Positions 1 through 8,700 of a stretch of DNA of 64,000 bases are shown here, one piece after another. The stretch's first letter is position 1. Each line of letters opens with the position of its first letter. The notes under the pieces were generated by a model. That model had not been told where the DNA came from and made no database searches. It worked only from the letters and a program-made list of their open reading frames with translations. The stretch is from Candidatus Melainabacteria bacterium 17Bon1m. Lineage in GTDB: Bacteria; Cyanobacteriota; Vampirovibrionia; Obscuribacterales; Obscuribacteraceae. The stretch is taken from positions 672,001-736,000 of the forward strand of contig JAVLKG010000004.1 in assembly GCA_032128875.1 (NCBI GenBank), given 5' to 3'. A program made the position numbers and the translations under genes.

Positions 1-20
1 AATGCCGGGATATCATTTTT

Positions 21-1895
21 TTGGTTATTGCACCGCAAAGGGACATCAATTTGGGACTGGGGACCATGATTCATCAAGCCAAGGGGTGGTTCTACTACCT
101 CTTTGGACAGTATGACGCCGCAGTCGACCAATTCTCAGAAGCAATCAAAAATGCGCCGGAAAACGCGAGTTGCTGGAAAGGACGAGGACTTTCGCACTTC
201 AAGGCTCGCAATTTCGACCTTGCACTAAACGATCTCAGCAAATACATCACTCTCGACGACAAGAATTTCAGAGTCTTCATGGCGCGCGCAGACGCTTACG
301 CCGAAAAGGGAGATTACGACCTGGCCATTCAGGACTATTCTCACGCTCTTACGCACAAACCAGACGAGTTTCCCGCCTATCATATTTATTTAGATCGCGG
401 CGCAGCTTACATCATGACTCGTGAATTGGATAAAGCCATTGACGACCTGAATAAAGCTGTTTCTGCAAACGAAAAGTCGATCGAAGCACATCAAAGCCGT
501 GGCATCGCATACCGGCTGAACAATCAGTTAGACAAAGCACTCGCTGATTTCGACAAAGTTCTTTCCATGGACGTCAAATATCATCAGGCGCACTATCAAA
601 AAGGACTTCTCTTCAATGACATGAACGAATTCGAGCGTGCCGTAGAGTCGCTCACCAAGTCCATTTCTCTCAGTCCAAAATTTCTTGTTGCCTATTTCGA
701 GCGTGCAAGTGCCTACGTAAGTTTGTGCCAATACGAAAATGCTGTTTGCGATTACAACGTCTGCGTCGACTCAGACCCAAAATCTGCTGTTCCTTATCAC
801 ATGCGCGGTTTGGCTCATATTCGCATGGGTGAATACGATCTTGCACTTGCTGATCTTGCCAAAGCGCTGACAAGAAAAGAAGGTGATGTTCGCATTCTTA
901 CAGATCGCGGAATGGCCTTTTTCCACAAGAACTATTTCGATCTTGCACTTAAAGATTTCAATCAGGCTTTGTCCATCGATCCCAAGTATTGGAGAGCTTA
1001 TTCGATGCGTGCGATGGTGCATGGCATGGGTTCGCAAAGAGACTATCAAAAAGCTTTGGCAGATTTTGAGACTGCCATTAAATATGCCCCAATGGAAGCT
1101 GAGAATTACAATCGTCGTGGTCTTGTCCTAGACGAAATGGGTGATTTCGAGAATGCAATTTCCAGCTTTGATGCGGCGCTAAAGCTAGACCCTAAAACGT
1201 TTAACGGCTATTACAACAAAGCGCTGACTCTTCATAAAATGGGCGAACTGGAAGAAGCAAAAAAGAATTATGACCGTGCCGTAAAAGTAAATCCGGCACT
1301 AAAGGCGGTGCACTTGCGACGCGGACAGGTTTTGCACGAGCTTGGCAAACCCAAACAAGCGCTCGAAGATTACAACATATGGGCCGCCGAAAACCCTGAT
1401 GACAAGGAAATCTACGTCCTTCGCGGCAACGCTCTAGCTGACTTGAATAAGACCAAAGAAGCATTGAAAGACTACAACAAGGCAATCGACCAAGATAAAT
1501 ACAACGCGGTCGCAAAAATGCAACGTGGGCATTTAAAATTTAAACTTGGAAAGACAGAAGAAGCTCTTTGCGACTTTGAAGATGCAATAAAATTGAACCC
1601 ATGGCTGAAAGGCGCTCACATCGGCAAAGCCCAGGTTTTTGGCACGAGAGGAAACTTAGAAGGCGAAATGCAGGAATTGGGAGAGGCGATTCGACTGGAT
1701 GGTTCTGATCCGAATCCATTTTTGAGACGTGGCCGTTTGCTTGCAAAAACCGGAAAGCACCGCCGCGCAATTTCGGACCTTATGCACGCGCAAGATTTAT
1801 TGCTCGGGCTCGGCCGACGAGAAGAGGCAGCAGAGCTCGCTCCCGAGATTGGAGAATTGCAGAGAACAGAATCGCAGTCTTCGAAAACCGATTGA
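21..1895 (+). CDS. All-TPR repeat protein (many tandem tetratricopeptide repeats)
   Basis: Repeated TPR pattern (A-Y-x-x-R-G...A-x-x-D-F/Y-x-x-A-I/L-x-L-x-P) over nearly the whole 624 aa. Start uncertain: the frame is open from base 3 and could begin outside the window; alternatives are TTG 51 and ATG 66. Confidence 0.9.
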   Translation: MVIAPQRDINLGLGTMIHQAKGWFYYLFGQYDAAVDQFSEAIKNAPENASCWKGRGLSHFKARNFDLALNDLSKYITLDDKNFRVFMARADAYAEKGDYDLAIQDYSHALTHKPDEFPAYHIYLDRGAAYIMTRELDKAIDDLNKAVSANEKSIEAHQSRGIAYRLNNQLDKALADFDKVLSMDVKYHQAHYQKGLLFNDMNEFERAVESLTKSISLSPKFLVAYFERASAYVSLCQYENAVCDYNVCVDSDPKSAVPYHMRGLAHIRMGEYDLALADLAKALTRKEGDVRILTDRGMAFFHKNYFDLALKDFNQALSIDPKYWRAYSMRAMVHGMGSQRDYQKALADFETAIKYAPMEAENYNRRGLVLDEMGDFENAISSFDAALKLDPKTFNGYYNKALTLHKMGELEEAKKNYDRAVKVNPALKAVHLRRGQVLHELGKPKQALEDYNIWAAENPDDKEIYVLRGNALADLNKTKEALKDYNKAIDQDKYNAVAKMQRGHLKFKLGKTEEALCDFEDAIKLNPWLKGAHIGKAQVFGTRGNLEGEMQELGEAIRLDGSDPNPFLRRGRLLAKTGKHRRAISDLMHAQDLLLGLGRREEAAELAPEIGELQRTESQSSKTD

Positions 1896-1945
1896 CCTAT
1901 ACAAAAGCCATTAATCGCGTTCAAACCAATTTGCAAATTAAAATG

Positions 1946-1983
1946 CAAAACAAAGAGCGGATCGATTTACCCAATCCGCTCTG
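1946..1983 (-). terminator. Intrinsic terminator between convergent genes
   Basis: Inverted repeat AGAGCGGAT (1954-1962)/ATCCGCTCT (1974-1982), followed on the minus strand by TTGTTTT, about 30 nt past the stop of 2015..2425. Confidence 0.65.
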
Positions 1984-2014
1984 TAAATTTGTTGAATACG
2001 CAGGAGAAACTTCT

Positions 2015-2425
2015 CTACATAATTCTGCAAAGTTCAAACAAGAAGAGTGCGAAAACTGAGCCTGTGATGAATGTTGCGACCACAATCATCCAAACCAAAT
2101 GCGCTTGTCTTGGAGTAAAACTTTTCACAACTCCAATTCTGGAAGCAATGAAATACAAAAGTGAAATCAGAAGAAAAAATACAAACCAGGGTCTTAAGGT
2201 GATGCCGTGAGGCATGAATGCGGACGATGCGAGCAACACCGCAGCCAACGGGAAGCTGATAACCGATACGTAGTCTGATCCCCGCAGGCGAGAGCTGTCT
2301 GAATTGCTGGCTGCACGAATGTGCTTAAACGCCGAAGCCAGGTTGCCCCAAAATGAGGCTCTCAAGTGCTTAGGATCTGTTGCTGCGCCGCCGCCCTCAG
2401 GCGCCGTCGTTGGTTCATCAGACAC
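2015..2425 (-). CDS. Small membrane protein, about 3 TM segments, unknown function
   Basis: Three hydrophobic stretches; AGAGGAGG SD-like sequence upstream of the GTG start; followed by a terminator. Confidence 0.75.
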   Translation of the reverse strand: MSDEPTTAPEGGGAATDPKHLRASFWGNLASAFKHIRAASNSDSSRLRGSDYVSVISFPLAAVLLASSAFMPHGITLRPWFVFFLLISLLYFIASRIGVVKSFTPRQAHLVWMIVVATFITGSVFALFLFELCRIM

Positions 2426-2534
2426 GGAAAATCCTCCTCTAATGGGTGTAGATATTATTCCCAGAAGATGGAAACAATCGCGCCTTGACAGTTTTGACCG
2501 ATAAAATCGATGACGTTCTTTATATAAGTTTTGC

Positions 2535-4010
2535 TCAGCGCTTTTTCAAAAGCCTGACTAGCGTCACTATCAGACTGAAAAATGCAGCGAGAAAGCCGCC
2601 GACAACACCAGCAGCGACACCTGTCTGCCAGTCCTTTTCCAGTTTTGCAGGCTGGTTCACGCCTTCTTTCGAAAGTGCCTCTCTGAAAGTCACTTCATTT
2701 TCCTGGCTCGATTTTAGCGCTCGGATTGCTTGCTCCGGACTCAATCGACCACGTTTTACAAGATTGTGGCAGCGCTCTGCCTGTCGTCGCAGTTCATCAT
2801 TAATCAAGCCGGATTCAACCAGGAAGGTGGCGCTTCTGTGACTGTCTTGCAGCATTACCTGGTACGCTGCCACCAAATTATCTTGGTCCAGAAGATCCGC
2901 AGCGCTAAGAAGATCAATTAGCCTGCCGCCGGGACGATTATGCTTGCTTGGCGGCGGTGTACGCTTTTCTCTTATCGTGGCTTTATCAGCATGAATAACG
3001 TGTCGAGTGCGCATATCACGCCTGTCGCGTTTTTCGTTTTCATTAGCATCTGAAGCATTTGTTTGCTGCCGCGATTCCGAATCCGAAGTTTGTGATTCGC
3101 TATCTGAAACTTGCGATTCCATTGCCGGACTTACATCTGCCTTCTCATCCACTTCGTCACGCGATATTGCGCTTCTAGATAATTCCTCGAGTGCGTTAGC
3201 TATTTCTTCTTGTGCTACCTGGTCCTCATTTTCGACTTGCTCTTCTTGTGCGCGCGGAGTGCTCAACACTTTTGGCTCTGAGTGCCGTTTTTTGTGAGCG
3301 GCAGGCGATTCTCTCAAACTGACGTCCGACTCAAAATCGAAATCCAACTCTTCAATTGTTTTCAATGCGGGCTGATTTGTTCTATCACCAGCCTTCAGCC
3401 AGAGCGTAAAGGCTTCCTTCAGCTCTGTGATCGCTTCTTCATTAGATAACTTGCCGTTGGTCACTTTCTCTTGAATCGCACTTATGGCGGGGAAGAAATC
3501 AGGCGAAAGTGCGCCCTGAAAGACCAACGTGCTGCCCAAGGGAGTCCCATACTCAAAGCTTGTCTTGAGTGCGTCATCAATTTGTTCTTGGCTGACCAAA
3601 TTAGAATCGACCAAGAGGTCGGCTAGGTTGTTCTTCCCTTTTCCGTATTTAGGTCTGAAATTCAGCACCTCAAGCGCTTCTTTAACTGTGCAATTTGTTT
3701 TCTCGATGCGAGAAAGTGCTTTCAAGGCAGATTCTAGGGGGACTTCTCCATCCCTAATAAGCGATTGCAGATCGAGTGCGGCGTGCAAAAGCTTTTCTGT
3801 GACACAGCCTGACGTGATAAGAACGCGACCAATGGGAGTATTTAGACGTTTTGAGACCTGAATAGCTTCCGTAATCTCGGCAGACGAGACTACCCTGGCG
3901 GCAACCAGCATGTCTCCTACGCGAACCATTCTGTTGTCTTTCGGCACGGCTGACCTATGTTTGGCATGGCCTGGCAGCGGATTGGCTATAGCAGCCAGGC
4001 TGCAGATCAT
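2535..4010 (-). CDS. Protein with three MshEN-like helical repeats, an acidic linker and a C-terminal TM anchor
   Basis: Repeats RVGDMLVAARVVS...PIGRVLITSGCVT..LL.AAL.LQ, NNLADLLVDSNLVS...PLGSTLVFQG and GRLIDLLSAADLLD...FLVESGLIN resemble the MshEN RLGxxLxxxGL/I pattern. C-terminal GVAAGVVGGFLAAFFSLIVTLVRLLKKR. True start probably GTG 3947 or ATG 3929. Confidence 0.7.
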   Translation of the reverse strand: MICSLAAIANPLPGHAKHRSAVPKDNRMVRVGDMLVAARVVSSAEITEAIQVSKRLNTPIGRVLITSGCVTEKLLHAALDLQSLIRDGEVPLESALKALSRIEKTNCTVKEALEVLNFRPKYGKGKNNLADLLVDSNLVSQEQIDDALKTSFEYGTPLGSTLVFQGALSPDFFPAISAIQEKVTNGKLSNEEAITELKEAFTLWLKAGDRTNQPALKTIEELDFDFESDVSLRESPAAHKKRHSEPKVLSTPRAQEEQVENEDQVAQEEIANALEELSRSAISRDEVDEKADVSPAMESQVSDSESQTSDSESRQQTNASDANENEKRDRRDMRTRHVIHADKATIREKRTPPPSKHNRPGGRLIDLLSAADLLDQDNLVAAYQVMLQDSHRSATFLVESGLINDELRRQAERCHNLVKRGRLSPEQAIRALKSSQENEVTFREALSKEGVNQPAKLEKDWQTGVAAGVVGGFLAAFFSLIVTLVRLLKKR

Positions 4011-4245
4011 ATCAGTTTTACATCGAACGTATTGATCATTTGCTACCTTACATGAGGGCTGTCAAGGATGCACCATTCTGGCACCAAATGCGGTACTGAA
4101 GTCGATGGCAAACACAGGAAGAGCCGCACGACGCTTATCGAATTCTAATTTCATATTTCGAGCACCTTTCGCAGACTTTGCTGGATGTCATGAGAATTTG
4201 TGCTAATCTAACCGACCAAGCGAAAATCATGGAGTCCCCTCTCAC

Positions 4246-5460
4246 ATGTCATCATCAGGTCAAACTGACAGCGTTTCACACCCTTTTGAAATTTCCAAAC
4301 AAATACTTGCAGATGCCGGTGCCCTCAAGCGTTTCGTTGACGCAAATCTTCTGGCCTTTGTCCGATGTGATGTAAGCGGCCGATATTGGGAAGTGAATCA
4401 AGCGATGGTAGATTTGCTTGGTTACTCAAAGGAAGAACTTGAGTCTGGTGCGGTTAAGTGGAACGACATCACGCCGCAAGAACACTCATTTGTCGACCTG
4501 GGCGCTGTCGCAGAGCTGGCGAAGAATGGTAAAGCCGGTCCATTCCAGAAGGAATTGCTGCACAAGGATGGCAGCAAAGTTCCTGTGGTAGTCGGCGTCG
4601 TCACACTGCCTGAATCAACGGACCAGGTGTTGGCTTATCTAATCGGACTTCAACCAAAGACACTGTACGAGTACCGTCAACTTTTACAAGAAGCGCATTT
4701 CCAGCTGCTTGCCGAAAATATTCCACAGCTCGTTAATGTCTGCGATCCGGAAGGTCGCATCATCTATAGCAACAAACGTTTTGTAGATTACACAGGCTTG
4801 AAGAATAACGAAGAAGAGCCACTGATTTGGAACTCCTGTGTGCATCCCGCGGACGTTCAACTCATGAAAGACCTTGGTGAAAAGTGCAGGAATGATCGAT
4901 CGATTTTTGAATGCGAAGCACGGCTGAGAGCTAAAGACGGCTCATACCGTTGGCATCTAATTCTCTCTGTACCGATTTTCAACCCCGACGGCGCAATTCG
5001 CGAGTGGTTCGGCACCTCCACTGACATCGACGACAAAAAGCGCCAACAAGACGAAATTAGGGAAAGTGAACTGCGCTTTCGCATGCTGGCGGATGCAATT
5101 CCTCAGATTGTCTGGTCTGCCGATGCGAGCGGCAATTTCACTTTCTTCAATCACCGATGGACCGAATTCACCGGTCTTTCAGTTGAGCAAAGCTTGAATG
5201 ATGCATGGACCTTGCTTATTCATCCCGACGATCTGCCTATTTACCTGTCTGAATGGAATAAGGCTCTGTCGTCCGGCGACAGTTATGAAGTGGAGTTTCG
5301 TCTGAAACGGGCAATTGGCGTCGGTAAAGTCTCTGGCAACCCCTATCGGTGGCACTTGGGGCGCGCCGTGGCGCTGAGATCAAGAACAGGCTCGATTGTT
5401 GAGTGGTTCGGAACCTGGACGGAGATAGAACCGCAAAAGCGCCGCAGCGCTGGAAAGTGA
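4246..5460 (+). CDS. Stand-alone PAS/PAC sensor protein (three PAS domains, no output domain)
   Basis: VNQAMVDLLGYSKEEL...KDGSKVPV; FQLLAENIPQLV...VHPAD...DGSYRWHL...WFGTSTDID; FRMLADAIPQIVW...IHPDD...YRWHLGRA...WFGTWTEIE. The stop follows immediately. GGAG SD-like sequence upstream. Confidence 0.9.
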   Translation: MSSSGQTDSVSHPFEISKQILADAGALKRFVDANLLAFVRCDVSGRYWEVNQAMVDLLGYSKEELESGAVKWNDITPQEHSFVDLGAVAELAKNGKAGPFQKELLHKDGSKVPVVVGVVTLPESTDQVLAYLIGLQPKTLYEYRQLLQEAHFQLLAENIPQLVNVCDPEGRIIYSNKRFVDYTGLKNNEEEPLIWNSCVHPADVQLMKDLGEKCRNDRSIFECEARLRAKDGSYRWHLILSVPIFNPDGAIREWFGTSTDIDDKKRQQDEIRESELRFRMLADAIPQIVWSADASGNFTFFNHRWTEFTGLSVEQSLNDAWTLLIHPDDLPIYLSEWNKALSSGDSYEVEFRLKRAIGVGKVSGNPYRWHLGRAVALRSRTGSIVEWFGTWTEIEPQKRRSAGK

Positions 5461-5740
5461 TTCCAACCAATTGTTATCTGACGTTTGTTTCTTGTTTAAC
5501 CCTTGAACACTAGGCTGAAAAGCGCCAATTTATTGGGTTTACAACAACTTGTACCGAACCTGTTTAGGTTTATATATTAATAGTGTCGGGAACAACTATG
5601 ACGGCGCTTGTCCGTAGCCTATAAGAGAGTAATGTTTATCGGCGTATTCCGCTCCGGAAACACAAAGCTCTTGGGCAATTCCGCGATAAAGCGCTTTTGG
5701 TACGTCGGTTTTTGGCTTACTAGCCAGTCAGGGTGAAGGG

Positions 5741-8700
5741 ATGTCGTCTATCAGCAAAGAACTTGCTGAGTTGCTCGTGGATAACGGCTTGCTTTCTGAC
5801 GCAGATTTGGAGCAAGTCGAACAAGAGAAGGAAAAAACCGGCGAACCACTCCGAATTATTCTCGAGCGCCTGAACTTGGCGACGGAGAAACAACTCAAGA
5901 ATACGCTCGAACTGCAGTACGGCGTAAATTACTTGGCTTTGCACACAATCAGTCCGGAGCTTCCGGTTGTCGACCTCTTGCCCGCCGATGTCATAAGCGA
6001 GCATGGTGTTGTACCGATTCATATCGACGGCAATCGTCTGACTGTTGCCATGGTTAATCCCGATAATTCGGCAGCCATGAAGGCGATCAAAGCCAACGTT
6101 AGTATGGATATCAAACCGCTGGTTTGCTTTGAAGACGATTTCAAGATTTTCCTCGATCAAATCGAGAAAATGCGTCACATGCCGGACAGACCGGTCGCGC
6201 CGGTGGACGACAGTGAATTTGGTGTCGAGACAGCATCTGACTCTGGTGTTGCCGATGATACCACCGGCGAAGCATTCGAAGAATTGCCTGCAGAAGAATT
6301 CGCCACTGAAGAAGCACCAGCAGAGCAAACGCAAGAAGCTGATGAGGCGCCCACGGTAATCCATGAAGCTGCAGACGCGGTTGATTTCCAAAAGGCAGAA
6401 GAAGAGTTCGCTGCTACTGAATACTCAAATGATGAAGTAACCGCCGACGAAGTCACCAGTGATACTGTTACGGCGGCGCCATCATTGACGTCCGGAACCT
6501 ATTCAGCTCAATACGACACTGGATCACTCGATGCAATCGCTACGCCTTCCGTTCCGACCGAGGAGCTGAATAGTGCTCCTTCTGATAGTTTTGACCGCAG
6601 TCTATTAGATTCAATCCCCAGTCCGAGTTTCGACGCCAGCGCGTTGGATTCAATTCCGACCCCAAAAGCCGAAGCAAGCGAACCACCAGAAAAGCCCACG
6701 CAGTCCGGTGGCATGTCCGCCTTCCTGAAGGGAGGCAATGCGCCGAAAAAGGCGGCAAGTGAACCCACTCAAGAAAGATCGGGTGGTCTTTCAGCCCTTC
6801 GTGGCATGATGGGCGGCAAAAAAGGTGGAAAGAAGAACGAACCGGCTCCGCGCCAGGCCGCACCTCCACCCCCTCCGCCTCCGCCGCCACCGCCCCCGCC
6901 CCCAGCGGCTTCGGACAGTGACGACACTGCTGGTGGTGCGGAAGAGCCGCAAGGCAAATCCGGACTTCTGAGCAGCAAATTAGGTAGTGCGGCACACCAT
7001 CTTTCCGCCGCAAAAAAATTCCTCAAGGAAAAGCGCACGGATTCTCAGCCGATTGCAACTCCGGAGCAAAAAGAAGAAGAAGCTGTTCCTGAGTGGATGA
7101 ATCAAATCGACGAAAACACACCTATAGGTGTGGACGCCGCTGCCGAGCCAACCAGCGAACGGCAAGAAGATGCTGCAGAGCAAGTGCGGTCGCTTTCTGC
7201 TGAAGAACAAGCCGTCAACGACTATTATGCAGAATTTGGATTTGATCCAACGGCAGAAGAATCGCAGGCTGAGGTGGCAAGTGATGAAGCGCCTGAAGCC
7301 ACAAGTGAGACAAGTGCCGAGGTTGAAGCAAGTGAGAATATAGAATCCTCAGAAGTACCTGCGACAGCACCAGACTACGAGATCCCGCCGATGGATCCTG
7401 GCGCTGCAAACTTCATGTCTTGGTCGTCAGAACAAGCTGAATCCGAAGAGCAAGCAGTCAACGATGCATTGGCAGAAGCTTCCGAAGCCTTGGCAGCATC
7501 GACCGCCGCCGTCGAAGAAGCACTTGCTGATGCAGAAGAAGCATGGGAAGAAGCATCTGCCGCTGCAGATGAAGCAGTTGCGGCGGGGGACATCTCCTCC
7601 GATGAATTGCCCGCATTCGTCCAGAATACTGCAGAGCAAGAACAGCCTGCCGAGGAAGCATCGGTGGAAGCTGAAACACCCTCAGACGATTCGCCTCAAG
7701 AAATTGCACAAGAAAAAGCCGCAGTAGAAGAAATCTCTGCTGAAGAATTTGCACTTGAAGAATCAGCACCGGAAGTTCAGGAAGCGCTTTCTCAAGAAGA
7801 ACCATCGGTAGAAGAAATCGCAGCATCCGAAGAATCTGTTCCAACAGCAGCAGAATTAGAAGCAGAAGCAGCTCCAGAAGACACTGCGGCGCTGCTTGAT
7901 GAAATGTCTGCGCTGGCCGATACATTGGCAGATACCGACATACCAGAAGCTCCAGCTCACGAAGAAGTAGCTTCAGAATTAGCTGCTGCGCCTGTCGCTG
8001 AAACGTCCGAGATGCCAGATGACTCCGAGTTTGCGGAAAGCGCAGATTGGGGCGATGCTGCGGCTGAAGAAAGCATTGCCGCCGTTGCGGAAACACCAGA
8101 AGCACCTGTTGCTGAAGCAACCGACGAGCAACCTCTTGTTACGCCTGCCGCTTCGGAAGCGCAACCCGTCGCTGCGGTTGATGATGAATTCAATCTGGAC
8201 GACAGCGAATTCCTGTCCGGTGTTGAAGAGCTCCAAGCAATGGCAGAGCTGTCATTCAACGATCAGACAGGGGAAAAATCAGCAGAAGCCGATGAGTTTG
8301 ACGGAATAACTGACTGGGGAGAGGAAGCACCCGCCGTCGAAAACCTGATGTCCAGTCTCTCTTCTGCAGCAGGTGAGGATAAACCCGCGGAAGAGGCAAG
8401 AGATGCTGGCGAAGCCCCTCCATTTTTACAAGAAGAACTCTTGGTAGAGATGGATGTTATTACAGAAGGACAAATTCCTTCTATAAGAAGAGAACTTTTA
8501 ACGACCGGTCAGAGCTTGAGTGTTGTCTTGGAACGCATGGGCATTGCCGGCGAAATGGAATTGTCCGATGCTTTCGATATGCAATTCGGTGCCGGATATA
8601 TCTCGCTTGCATCGATGTCTATCGACGCTGAAGTATTGAATTTGCTACCCGCAAAGGTTGTTGAACAGAGAAGAGTTCTTCCTGTCGGTAAATCGGGCAA

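Noticed and set aside
5461-5740. c-di-GMP riboswitch upstream of the MshEN/PilB-like gene
   Set aside because: The context is suggestive, but I found no GGCAAA-stem-GAAA-stem-GACGC class I pattern or class II pattern.
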